DNA from: Basidiobolus meristosporus CBS 931.73
Taxonomy: Eukaryota > Fungi > Basidiobolomycota
DNA: 64,000 bases
Assembly: GCA_002104905.1 (NCBI GenBank)
Contig: MCFE01000084.1
Location: 1-64,000 of the forward strand
Direction of reading: 5' to 3'
Within the stretch, counting starts at the first letter, position 1; each line of letters starts with the position of its first letter. Positions 22,935 through 34,756 of the stretch are shown piece after piece. The position numbers and the translations under genes are program-made. The notes beneath the pieces are model-generated. The model was not told where the DNA came from. It was given only the letters and a program-made list of their open reading frames with translations, and searched no databases.

Positions 22935-24155
22935 ATGTCACTTCCCGACCCCGCCAAACCACCCCTCATCACCTCGGGAGTACTGACTCGTATCTTTAGT
23001 TGCCCACAGTGCGAAGCTGTCTTCACCCACCCCGTCACTCTATCTTGCGGGTACACCCTATGTTTTCACTGCGTGCCTAGCAAATCCGAATTCTACAACC
23101 GCTTCACTTGTCCCATCTCGACGTGCCCTCGCAGAACGCATCCGGCGGGGGACTTGAAGGTAGATGTCCTGGTGTCGAGAGTCGCGGAGAAGGTGGCCTC
23201 TTTGGGCCCGGTCGGCCCTTCCAAGAGCCTCCCTGCCGGGGTTCTGCGCGACCTGTCGGTGGAGGTGGAGTGCCAGATATGTTTCAACCTTTTGTGGCAA
23301 CCCCTCACCACCATATGCGGACATACGTTTTGTAAACTGTGCCTCTTACGTTCACTGGACCACTACGACAGCTGTCCCATCTGCCGTCACCGGCTACCGG
23401 ACTACCAATTCTTTAACAACCACGTGCCGAACCGGACCATCTCCCGTTTCCTGGAGTGCTGCCTGCCGAACGAGTTGGAGACGAGGAGGGCGGCGTTGGA
23501 GACGGAAAAGAACGGGTCTGTCGACGAGGTCCCCTTGTTTATCTGCTCCCTGGTGTTCCCTCGGATGCGTTGCTTCCTACACATCTTCGAGCCGAGGTAC
23601 CGGCTGCTGATCCGGCGCTGTCTGGAGACCGAGAAGAAGCGTTTCGGCATGGTACTGCCCGGAGTGAACGACACCGTCATGATGAGCTACGGAACGATGC
23701 TGGAGGTGAAGTCGTACGAGGTGTTACCCGACGGGCGTTTGCTTATCGAGGCGGTCGGGGTGGATCGGTTTCGAGTGCTTAATTACGAGAATCATGACGG
23801 GTACTTCCAGGGCCGGGTGGAGCTCGTGGAGGACACCGACTCATCCGCCTCCTTCCAGGATTCCCCCGCGCTGCACGAGCTGCTGAGGACGATCAGGGAA
23901 TTTATCGACCACCTAAGGACCGGCTCCGCCCCCTGGCTAAACCAACGGTTGGACTCCACGTACGGTGCCATGCCCACCGATCCCACCGAGTTCTCCTTTT
24001 GGGCGGCCAGCATTCTGCCCATAGACGAGTATCAGAAGTATCACCTCCTGACCCTCACCTCCACCCAAACCCGGCTCTCCACCATCGCCCAACTCACCGC
24101 GCAGTTGAAGGAGCGTTGGTGGTTCTCGTTCGGAGGCTTCTGTAATATTTTGTGA
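22935..24155 (+). CDS. LON peptidase N-terminal domain and RING finger protein (LONRF / Mucor CrgA-like E3 ligase), intronless, 406 aa, C-terminal CaaX
   Basis: RING1 CPQC..PVTLSCGYTLCFHC..CPISTC (His replaced by Tyr). RING2 CQICFNLLWQPLTTICGHTFCKLC..CPICR. LON-N/PUA domain VPLFICSLVFPRMRCFLHIFEPRYRLLIRRCLE..FGMV. The protein ends in CNIL-stop. Confidence 0.92.
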   Translation: MSLPDPAKPPLITSGVLTRIFSCPQCEAVFTHPVTLSCGYTLCFHCVPSKSEFYNRFTCPISTCPRRTHPAGDLKVDVLVSRVAEKVASLGPVGPSKSLPAGVLRDLSVEVECQICFNLLWQPLTTICGHTFCKLCLLRSLDHYDSCPICRHRLPDYQFFNNHVPNRTISRFLECCLPNELETRRAALETEKNGSVDEVPLFICSLVFPRMRCFLHIFEPRYRLLIRRCLETEKKRFGMVLPGVNDTVMMSYGTMLEVKSYEVLPDGRLLIEAVGVDRFRVLNYENHDGYFQGRVELVEDTDSSASFQDSPALHELLRTIREFIDHLRTGSAPWLNQRLDSTYGAMPTDPTEFSFWAASILPIDEYQKYHLLTLTSTQTRLSTIAQLTAQLKERWWFSFGGFCNIL

Positions 24156-25066
24156 CCGGGGCGATCGTGGGTGACCGAGGATTCCTCCACCCACCGGCGA
24201 CTCGCCCTCCCCCCCACATTAGATCCCCCCATCCAACTGTACCATATCTAACCCGAATGTACACCCTCTCCCGGTGCCAGATTTCCATGTAGAACCAAGT
24301 CCCTCTCACCTTACCTAGCGCGTGGAATCAAGTGTATGTGGATGTGCTCTCATCTCATCTTTCCTCGCCTTCCCGCGTCCCTGGTCCCTTCTGGATGCCA
24401 CTCACCCGCGCCCAAATGGGCCTATCGGGCTGGTGGCAACCCTTTGGAGAGATCTTTCCAACAAATAAACCCCCTTGCTTCTCCTCTATCTAGGTGGAGA
24501 TCTCTAGGTAAGTGGGAGCCACTTTGGGATTGATTGACTTTAGGTTGTTGGGGAAGCCTAGTTGGTGGTTCCAACATCCCTCCAAGACCAAATGCCCCTC
24601 TACCCATCATCCAATCCATCTTTACTCTGGGCTGCACACTGCCATGGAGCCATGGATTGCAGCCATCAAAATCTGGCCTGGAGATTCTGTACTCCCCACT
24701 CCTTGGTGGAAGAGGAGCTGATGTGGATTGTATCCTGTGGGTCTGGGCCACACATGATGTCAACACTGCAACAAATCTCCTCTTTTGAGGTCAGACACTT
24801 CTCTTACAGTGCACCTGTTCTTGTTGAGTGGTCACCACAGGGAATTCAGCTGCTTCAATTGCCCATCATGCTCCTTCCTCCCCATGTGGTTAACTGCAAG
24901 CATGGGGCCTGACTGAAGCATTGGTGTTTGGCACACATCCAAGTCAGTATGGGTTGTGTCTGGTACACTGATACTTTGCATATCACCAAACCTCTTTGTG
25001 CCATCAACTACACTGATATATGTTATCAGCCCAGACCAACTAATATCACTTTTGTGCTACATGTAT

Positions 25067-25619
25067 TCCCTAATAGAAATCTCAGAGTTGAAACTGATTG
25101 GATTTTTAGCTGATATTCAGCTGGTATTCCACTGGTGTCTCCACTTCAAACTTTCAGTTGCAATGTTTGGTAGAAGTACTGAGGGTATGATTACCAAGTT
25201 TGGTATGAGCATTAGTTGGCCTAGTCTCCCCTGGGAAGGATGTCTGCTTGTCTGCTGTGAAGCAAGTGCTTGAGATACCAATAGTTGTCACTGTTGGGAA
25301 AGTTGTAACTCAGCTGATATCATGATGGTATTTTGCTGGCCTTTTCTGAGTTTCTTTTCTTAGCAATCCCTAGAGTAGCCAAAGTAAAAGGCCCACCTAT
25401 CTCTGTTGGGTAGACATGCAGATATATTTTTCAGGAGGAGACTAAACCAACCTGGACCATATCAAATTTGGTAAAAAGTAGCCCCCTACTTCCACCAAAA
25501 ATTGCTACTCAAAATTTCAAGGAAAGACACCACTGAGAACTGGTTAAATACCATTCAAATACTAGCAGAATACCAGTTGAAAATCAGATGAATTCCAAGA
25601 TTGAGATTTTTCTTAGGGA
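25067..25619. mobile_element. MITE-like non-autonomous DNA transposon (553 bp) with long imperfect terminal inverted repeats
   Basis: Left end TCCCTAATAGAAATCTCA; right end TGAGATTTTTCTTAGGGA (reverse complement TCCCTAAGAAAAATCTCA). Flanked by TAT on both sides (25064-66 and 25620-22). A related copy lies at 7326. Confidence 0.6.
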
Positions 25620-26290
25620 TATATCACATTGTTTTCACCAAATGATTTATTGCACATGAATATAGTACTTATAGCTTTATATGGTCTTGGCAAAACAAGC
25701 ATATGGGATACATCTATCAAGTACATGTGCACAAGGTTTGGGGCTACTTGGAAAGCTCTAAGAAATATCATGATATGGGGACCTGATGTTCTGATGAAAG
25801 TACTTCAAGTTAACCCCAACAGGGGATATGGTCTAAGTTCTCTAAGATTTGTGTGTAATGCTCTAAGTGACTAGGCTAGGTGGGTATTCAGGTGTAATAT
25901 GAAATTTGCAACACTCCTACTCAGCTAAGTATTCATGTCAACTAGTGCTACATATGTTCAAAGATTCTTAGGTTTGTCTTTTGCTAACGGTGTGCTAGAT
26001 ATGCTACAAATTGTCTAATCTGTAGGACAATAAGCAAAGTTAGCAAAATCAATCTCTATAACTCTCCATATGAAATGATATCAAATATCTATGTGCTTAG
26101 TAGTAGCATGAAAAGTAGAGCTTCTACATAATTGTATACCTTCTTGGTTAAGCAAAAATAATGTAGTGGGGGCTCTTTGACATAGACCCAAGTCCTCAAA
26201 AGGTGCCATTACCTATGCTGAAGCTCTTATATTTACACATAGAATTGGTTTTACTATGGGGGATTATCAGTTGTAGCTCTTGCCAAGTGT
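25620..26290 (-). mobile_element. Ty1/copia 3' fragment: RNase H, polypurine tract and truncated 3' LTR
   Basis: The minus strand at ~26150-26040 reads NQEGIQLCRSSTFHATTKHIDI*YHFIWRV. Purine-rich GCTGAGTAGGAG is followed by TGTTGCAAA (LTR start at 25913). The LTR is cut by the MITE at 25619. Confidence 0.8.
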
Positions 26291-27496
26291 ACTGACCTAC
26301 AAAAGTCCCTATGCCCACAACCAAGACTAAGCCCAATCCCACACTTAACAAGTAACTTCATTAAAACTCTCCATTCAATCAGTATTTCTGCCCTTATGCG
26401 CTTTTTCAAAGCCTTTGGCAGGAACCCCACAGCTTTATGCCTTTGTTTATTTACCAGTGCCTTCCATCTTGGTCTGCAGCTGGTACTGCAAGGTTTGATA
26501 CCTCATCTGCCAGTCTTTGCAATAAATCCTTGTAATATTTGAGTGAATTTTCTTCAGTGCTGCTCCCAAAGCAGAGCTGCAACCTTGTGTTGTGGCTATT
26601 AATGTTTCAATATTCCACTGTAGTTATTGTGATAGTCTACTGGACTTGTTCAATTGTGCCAGGCCAGGGTGTGCGGCACAATCCATGGTTCTTAAGAACA
26701 ATCAGGCGCAATATTTTAGCTACTGGTAGGCAGGATTGCTCTTGGACAATTTTGCACTATGTAGGATGATCCTGCACACTATGGCACAGTCTGACACAAT
26801 GAGGTTGGCACAGATGATTGCGCCAACTTCTAATGTTTGTATCACATGCACAATAGGATACTGCTATTATGTTAGGCAAAATCCAGTATTTGGATATGTT
26901 TCTTTAATGTAAATGGAAATAAATGCATATCAAATTATAAACTACACTGATACTTACCATTTTGGTCACCATCACTCCAGTTGGATGGTATCTCCATGGT
27001 TAATTGATCCAAAAGTATCCTGAAGCTGTCAGCCCCCAACTGGCTGTTTGACCCATACACAAGCTACCTGATTTGCCATCAAATATCTCATTTTGCCCAC
27101 TGAGCAAGTAAACACCAGATCCTAGCAATTGGACAAGGTGTCATAGATAGCACACATCCAATCAAATATGTGCAAAGCAGATCAAATGGCTGCACTGGTG
27201 TTACAGATGATGTATATATATGCAGGGTGTTTATTTATAGGGGTTCTGTATCAAATGTGAGACAGCTGTGATATGACCTATGTCAAAAATCTAGTAAGCA
27301 CTGATCTGCAATGGCCTGATTTAGATTGCAAAAAAATGAGTTATTTGTATCATGATAAAAAATAGCAATTCAATGCAATTGCATCATCTTCTAGGTTTTT
27401 TTGCACAGGGATTACTACCAAAGGATTTGGTGGTGAATCACTTTGCACACCTACACTACTTCCTTGTTGAATATCATCTTGGCTACTTGTCTATTT

Positions 27497-28651
27497 TTAG
27501 TCAGTATTTTGCCTCCTAGCTGATGAGTGCAATGCTGCAGGTTGACTACACATAATTGCTCTGGATGATGCTACCAAACCAGCCTGCAGTGCTACATGCT
27601 GACATGTTCTGTTACTAGCCATAGGCTCTGGTGGTGGGGGCACTTCATGGGGGTCATTATCAGTCAGTTCACCAGAAGTAACTTGCTGATGGTCAGGAGT
27701 AATGGCATGTGCATGCACAACTTGATGTGTAGACATAGCCCATAGCTGAGTTCAATGTGATGCCACTTATTGACACAACTTGGCCTGCTCCAGTGGACTT
27801 GTGTCTAAATGAGCAGTTTGGAAGTTCTGGTAGTTTTGCTCTGAAGCATGCACATTGACTCAATGTGGGATGCTCTTGTGAAGGGTGTTGGTGTAGTCTG
27901 CACTGACATGTGCCAGCTTGCTGAGGTTGCAAAAGATTGTAAAGAATCCAGCAAGGTGTGCTGGTACAATCTGGACACTGTTGCTTGTGGTCTGTATTAT
28001 TTCTCTTGAAGCTCACCTTCCAATTCCTCAAGGTATTCACTTACCCTCTGTCTGATACTTTGAAACTGTTGCCTGAATGAGTCCTGTGTATATTGCTCTT
28101 GGAAGCCACTTAGCCCTACCAATATATCACATAGTACATAAGTCATTTGAGGCAAAAACTCATTCAATATCTCTTAGGTTCCCACAGTTGAGGCACAATG
28201 GATGTATCCAGCCCATACTGAATAAATTGCACCCAAAATTGTTCCTGCACAGCTTCCTCATCAAATTCCCTCACTATTAGCTCATTCTTGATTTTATACT
28301 TGTCTTGTTATATATCTTCTTACATACATATGCTGGCATCTTGATGTAGAACTCATGCCACAGCTTTCTACTCAGGTTCTTCAATCTCTGTGGACTCTCT
28401 GAGGTATCCAGTTCTGCTAGCTTAATGAGTAGTGCCCAAATATCTATATGAAGGCTCATCATAGACACTTGGGCCATACTAAAATCACTTGGCAAAGACT
28501 CAAACAGATCCAACATTGACTTTTCTGGTCTGGACCATGCTTGTGAGCTTGGGGATGGGTTTTGTCTAGGTTGTACTAAAGATGAGTTGAGACTTGGTAT
28601 AGGGATCACAGTGCAGATTTGGATACTTATACAGTAGTATATTGGCATCAA
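27497..28651 (-). pseudogene. PHIS accessory ORF (in the position of the Myb/SANT-like second gene), degenerate
   Basis: ALLIKLAELDTSE..WKNLSRKLWHEFYIKM..YNKTSIEIKNELRVRGF is conserved in three copies (ORFs 28277-28651, 50614-50985 and 58450-58755). A minus-strand splice donor (CTTACC on the plus strand) is shared at ~28022, ~50557 and ~58332. The Myb-like assignment rests on position, not on a clear motif match. Confidence 0.6.
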
Positions 28652-29019
28652 TTATACGAAATATATACAAAAACTAATGAGATTGCTAAATTTTCCATAT
28701 ATTATGCATGATGCATCTTGGATTGCATTGACACAGATCAGATCACATCAATTCCAGATTTCCTATTTGATTATAGAAATGTGAGTAAAGAATTGATAAA
28801 AATACTAAGTTTATTGGAGGATGATTTTTGCATCATAATGATGGGATACATGGCAATTGATGGAGATCTATTCATAATGTATGGAAATCAGATAAATAAA
28901 GCCAATTGCACCAAATTGATTCAAATCACCTCAGCCCAATCACCTGCCAATTTCAATATGACTTGCTAATCTGAATAGTCATTTCTGATCAATCCCATCA
29001 CTACCACTGGATTTCCTTT

Positions 29020-29840
29020 TGACACATTTCAGGAGATCCATACCAAGTACTTTGAACCATCTACTCCAATCTAATCAAGGAGATCTCTAGTTAAGCTTCT
29101 CTGCTAATACAAGAACTATTGCCCTACAATGTTTCTTCCCACCATCCATGGCAACAAAAGTCCTAGAAGCTTTCATTCCCAGCTGACAGCAATGGAGAAC
29201 CACCTTGTAGAGGGTATGAATTGCATAGAGCAAGCTTGGAATACTAGGTTCAGAAGCTCTAATAGACTTCCATATCTCAGAATGTTCAGCAACAGGTTCT
29301 GTATAAGGAGTATTTTGGATACCTTTGCAGTGAGGATTAACAGACCTTCAGGAGGGCTGAGACACTTTTATTCTGGCAAGTACAATACACACTATGTGAA
29401 GTTTTAGGCACTGTCTGACATAGAGGGTAAAATCATCTGGCTTAGTGGGTCATTTTCTGGAAGTAGACATGCCAAAGCACCCTGAGTAGAATTGTCCAGA
29501 ATTCAGTAGAGGGGAGAAATGTACGGCAGACTTAGCCTATGTAGGAGAGGATTGTCAGAGATTAGGATGTGTTGCAGCATATAGGAAGCCAAGGAATAGT
29601 GTGCTTAGCAGGAAGCAGAAGCTCTATAATGGGATACTTAATCATGTCAGAGCGAGGGTAGAGCATACATTTGAATATCTGAAGCAAGTCAGCACACTGG
29701 CAGGTAAATACAGAGGAAAGTCATATATAGGAAAAACCAGCAGAATTGGTAAAGTAGTTAAGATACTTATTAGTGCACAGTATAGTAATACAAGAAGACA
29801 TCCACTGAGAGAAATGTGTCTGGAGCATTATGAAGAGTAA
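29020..29840 (+). pseudogene. PIF/Harbinger-type DDE transposase (DDE_Tnp_4-like), inactivated
   Basis: SILDTFAVRINRPS..FYSGKYNTHYVKF*ALSDIEGKIIWLSGSFSGSRH..ADLAYVG..AYRKPRNSVLSRKQKLYN..RARVEHTFEYLKQ. Contains in-frame stops and frameshifts. Confidence 0.88.
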
Positions 29841-30845
29841 ATATAGCAAGAAAAGCACCATTCTGAGCAATTTAGGTAAAATTGAGCAAAATTACAAGTA
29901 ACTATATGCTACCACTGGCATTATAGTAGAAGTTATAGTGCTAGATAGTGCCATAGAGTGCCAGATTGATTTGGCACTATAAACAGGCTGGCACTATGAG
30001 ACATTATCCAACAGAACAAGTCTACTGATTTATTGATGCTATTGAATCTTCTGCTTGTTGAATCTGCACTCTGTCTACAATGCAGTACATGGTGACTGTA
30101 GTGAGCCTATTGCCTTTCCCTACAGACTCATCCACCTCACTAGAGTGTAACTCAACTGTCCATGCTTCTAACTACTGGGAAAGCAGTTGTTGTCTTCTTG
30201 GTAATTCTTGTAGGCTATTATAAAATTCAGCATGTTCTGGCTGGCAGCATTGGTTTGTGAGAACTGCAGCCTTTTTCTCACATTTCATGCCTCTAGCCTG
30301 GTTAGACCTTTGTCTCTTTGCCTTTATCTATATCATCATTAGCTCCTTCACCACTATTTAACTGAGTGCTTCTTATATTGTATTACATACTCTCATTAAT
30401 GGAAGCTGCACTGGTGCATTCATTTCTGACTGCTTGTCCCATATCAGTACTCCCCTGGCTTCCCAATAATTCTCTACCACATGTTTTGAGCCTTCAGCCC
30501 TGGTTGAGGCAAGCTTCAGAGGAAGCTGCAGGTTTTTATCACAGCACAGTACCACACTACCACTTTGACCAAGTGCTTCTTAAGCTAAACTACATTTCTC
30601 CCTTGATAAGTGCTGCACTGGTGCATTCATTTCAGCCTGTTTGTCCTTTGGTGCCCCTTTTCCAGCTATCTGACACTTTTCCTGCTTGTTTAGAGCTCTC
30701 AGCCTTACATGTGAGAGGTTGTTGTGAAAGCCACGGGGTTTTAATCATGACACCCTTGTTCTTCTGCCATCAATAGTGACTCCTATTCATGAGGTACTTT
30801 CCCAGTCTGGCAATGCTGGCCCAAATACTGATTGACTGTTAGCAT

Positions 30846-31914
30846 TGTAGTAGGGTCACAGTGACACCCACTGACAGATGTGCTCATTCCTATATTTTCT
30901 ACTTCACTACTTCTCTACTACCTTTATTTTAGTTTTATCCCATTTGTCTTACCTGATCAGTAATATCCCATAAGTCAGTTAACTATCACACCTGCTTACC
31001 AATTGCATAAGTTATCCCCCACCTTATGTACAATTACTAGCAGTAAGTGCTGCTATATTAGGCAAGTATATGTGCCAGTACCAGTGACATATAATTGACT
31101 TGTGTCACCGTCCTTACCATTTCCATACTGTATATGGTATTTCTATGTTACACAGGTTTCAGAGTACTGACTCCTGAATGGTTGGATGTGCTGTGCCTCT
31201 TAGAACCTTCCAGCATCCACTTAGAACATTCTTAGGTCATTCTGATGTCATTAAGATTTCTATTGATATCAGGAACCTTCTGGAGCACCATGTTTAGTAA
31301 TCACTTAGCCAGTAAGTAAAGTATAAAAGGGAGGCTATCCCCCAACAATAAATCATCATCCCTTTATCAATGTACCAACTTGTTGATTATTGTGATCACT
31401 GCTACTTGCTGCTCCCTGAACTTCCAACCCCAGACCACAGGACACTCCAAGGAAACCAAGCTGACAGCCAACTGACCTTGGAGGCACTACTTGTGAGGAA
31501 TACTCTGAGTAGGTATCTTTTATTATATTTGATTCTTTCCCAAGTTTGTTCTTGTACAGGCAAAGATACTTTTCTGTCTTTGTGACTATTGACCACAGCT
31601 GCATTCTTATCAAGTCTCTGCTGGTGGAGTTTGCAGTTGTTTTGACTTTGGAAGCTTTAGTAAATTGTCATCCCCAAGGATGCTGAACCTAGCACATACT
31701 TTTGTTTAGAAGCCAACTAAGTTGGGGATTGTAGCTCAATAGTTTTCCCTTGACAAGCTTGTTGCTTTATTCCCCATCACATTAGATTAGAGACAGAACC
31801 CAAGTATTCCTAGCAAGCTTTTGCCAGAGGTTATTGCACCCAGTGAGCACCCCACACACAAAACACTTGAGAAGTGTTGGACATATATCTCCCTTGGACC
31901 TATACACCACCACA
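30846..31914 (+). mobile_element. Solo LTR, family L (1069 bp), with mismatched flanks
   Basis: TGTAGTAGGG...ACCACCACA, with internal TATAAAA (~31322) and AATAAA. Homologous along its length to 38033-39103 (inverted). Flanks GCAT and GTGC do not match. Confidence 0.85.
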
Positions 31915-33492
31915 GTGCAAGCTCTTGGTGTGCCTATTACTGTTCCAAAATTCCACCAAAGGCATTTTGATAGTCTTTCAAGTTCTTTATGTTGTAGGCT
32001 TCTCTGTCAGTGGGATCTCCATACTGCCAACAATGAAGGGTGTGGAGGCTGTAGTAGACAAATTGCCTATTTCTGCAAACTCATCTGACTTGCTGGAGTT
32101 AAGCTCAACTGGCTGCGTTTCCAACTCTTGTGAATACAGCTGTTTTGTTGTTGGTAATTCTTCTTGGGTATGAAGGGATTCAGTCTGTTCCAGGCTTGCA
32201 GCATTAATTGGCAAGAACTGCTGTTTTTTTGCATGCTTCCCTGTCTCAGGCTTGGGTAGATATTTTTCCCTTTACCTTTTCCTTTATCACTGCCAGGTAT
32301 TTCACTCAGCCATAGGTGCAAAGGCTCCTGTAAAAGCCGCTGGTTTTCATCACTGCCAGATCCTTCACTGCTACTTTGACTGAGTGCTTCTTGAGTGGTA
32401 CTATGCTTTTTCCTTGATAAATATTGCGCTGGTGCATCCATGTCTGCCTGCTTGGCCCTAATTGGCACATTTCCAGCTACTTGACATATCTTTGACACTT
32501 GTCTGGAGTGTTCAGCTCTTGGGGAAGCCACTACTTTTTAGTCATGGCACCCTTGTTCTTCTGCCTTTGATAGTTTCTGCTAACCTTAAGATACTTTCTC
32601 AGCATACCAATGCCGGCCCAGAATCTGTTTGCCTGTTTGAATCCAGGATAATGTTCATGGAGCCAGCCAAGTGCATTCTGCACGGCCTTGAACTCCTGAT
32701 GGTCCCATGGTATGCTGGCCTTAAGGTGATGGTGTGCTAGACTTCTGACAACCTCTTCAATATTAGTCAACTCTACATTATTGCATTCATTGGCTTCATG
32801 GATATTGAATGTCTTTAATTTTTAGGCTTTGCTATAAACACCACATTGTCTCACTCTCAGGCTATAATAGGTTCCTTTGTGGGCTTTATCCTTTGGCACT
32901 GTTGTTGTGCTTCAAAGATTGTAAAGTATTCCTATGCTGTTGCATTGTGAAATGGCTCAATTCTTGGCTGTGGCATTGAACTACTTGAGTTCCTTCTTTG
33001 CAGCAAATATTTATCATTCTCTACCTGGGATATTGATAGCTGTACACATATTATCTGCTCATCCTGTTTCTGAACTATTTACTGATTTCTCTGGTCCATT
33101 GCATCTATCCTATCAGCCACTGCACCTTATTGCTTCATTAATGCTTTTGTATGAGCAGATAACATACTTGCAAATATGGGCGGTGGTGATGTAATGACAG
33201 CTACTTATTGTTCTTCAGCTGAGGGTACTGCATTTGCTACATTCTCATCTGTCTGATCATAATGGTCAGCTTGTGGCTCTGCATAGGTTCTCAATTGCCT
33301 ACTTGACTGAGAGCCTGAGGAGTCTGCATTTTTACCTTTGGTGAGCACAATGTCAACATGGTCTTTTTTGGATGTACTTCCACTTGTAGCAATGAATGTC
33401 AAAGCAAGCTGTTGTCCAACCACTCTTCTGCTGCTGTCAGTGGTGGGGTTTGCTTGGGGACCAGACAACTGTGCTTTATTTTTTGACAGCAT
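31915..33492 (-). mobile_element. CACTA-associated accessory gene relic, divergent from the transposase
   Basis: Fragmented minus-strand ORFs (33205-33492, 32531-32770, 32067-32531) face away from the tnp2 transposase. Paralogous to 26570-30845. Function not recognised. Confidence 0.5.
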
Positions 33493-34756
33493 ATATATGG
33501 AAGTAAGGCAAACTTGAGGGGAAATTGTGTTACATATAAATATATATGTAGTGCCACAACTTTATTTATGATTTGTACTATGATGGGTTGTCATTGAATC
33601 TTACATTCATGTAGCTGTGGTGTCTTGAATCCAAGAGTGTCTTAAATTCACAGGAGTATTGACCAAAAAGCAATATAATAGAGCTACATTGTCAAGGGTC
33701 AAGCTGTTTGCCCCATGGACAAGACTACTTTGATTCAACATTGCAAGAGAAGAGAAAAAAGTCCATGTGGCTATTATAGTAAGCCTCTCAGCCATGAAGC
33801 ATGCAGGCAGCGTAGGAATTATTACAAGGCCCACAGCCAGTGTTCTGCCACCCAAGTCATATTTGATCATTCATCAGTCACTACTGTACCAACATTATCC
33901 GCTGGCCAGTTGATACTTCTATAGTGGCACCTGGCCATCTTGGTAACCTTGCGCAAACTGAATCAGGTGAGTTTGTGACACCTTTAGGCTCACCTCAGCC
34001 TTCTAAATATGGCACGCAGAATGATAGCTCTGACAAAAAAGGTTTACTGATGGATTGTGAGCCTCTCTCCCCTAACAACACTACCATGCATGAGCCCAGT
34101 CAAATCCCAATATGCAATGAGACAACACCTGCTGAAACAAGTGTCAAGGATGCTTTATGGGGCCAAGTAAGCCCAGTAATCCATTGATTGGTGAATGCTG
34201 TAATGTTGTAGCTAGAGAAGTGGCATATTTCCACTGATATCAGTAATGGGGGCTTTGAGGATTTATTACTACATCTTGCCAAAAACATTACAGGATGCCC
34301 CTTACCATATACATGGTACAGATGGATAACTGTTATGCGGCTGGCAACAAAAGACCCAGAGACTGTCCTGATTCCAGCATGTTTCAATAGTTGCATGGCT
34401 TTCAGATCCAAAAAGGCTACCATTGCAAAATGTCCAGATTGTCAGGAATCCGCTACCATTGAGGGAAAATGTTGTTCACACTGTTGATATATTCCAGTAA
34501 TACCCTGTCTGAATAAGCTAATGCAGTTCAACAAATATTGCAAAGCTATATAGTACTGCACTCAGCATCAATCAAAAGTAAATATATCAAATAAATTTAA
34601 TGGCAGACATTACAAACTGCTAAGAAGAAAGGGCTACTTTGAAGGTATGTATGACCAATCCTTTACCTTAGCACTTAATGGACTCTTGTTAAACAAGTAC
34701 TCTACCAGCAAATCATGCTGGCCACTGATTCTCATCATTCTGAAACTGCCACCCAT

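Larger units (their letters stand above)
26642..30023 (+). mobile_element. Complete PIF/Harbinger-superfamily (PHIS) DNA transposon, 3382 bp, ACT target-site duplication (Pangu-like)
   Basis: Left TIR GGACTTGTTCAATTG (26642-56). Right TIR CAACAGAACAAGTCT (30009-23; reverse complement AGACTTGTTCTGTTG). ACT on both flanks (26639-41 and 30024-26). Internally a divergent accessory ORF and a DDE transposase; GTGCC/GGCAC subterminal motifs. Confidence 0.85.
26570..30845 (-). mobile_element. Relic of the CACTA-associated accessory gene, split by the PHIS element at 26642-30023
   Basis: 26570-26641 plus 30024-30845 align by eye, collinearly, with 31915-32640. The latter therefore serves as an empty-site homologue. 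Confidence 0.6.
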
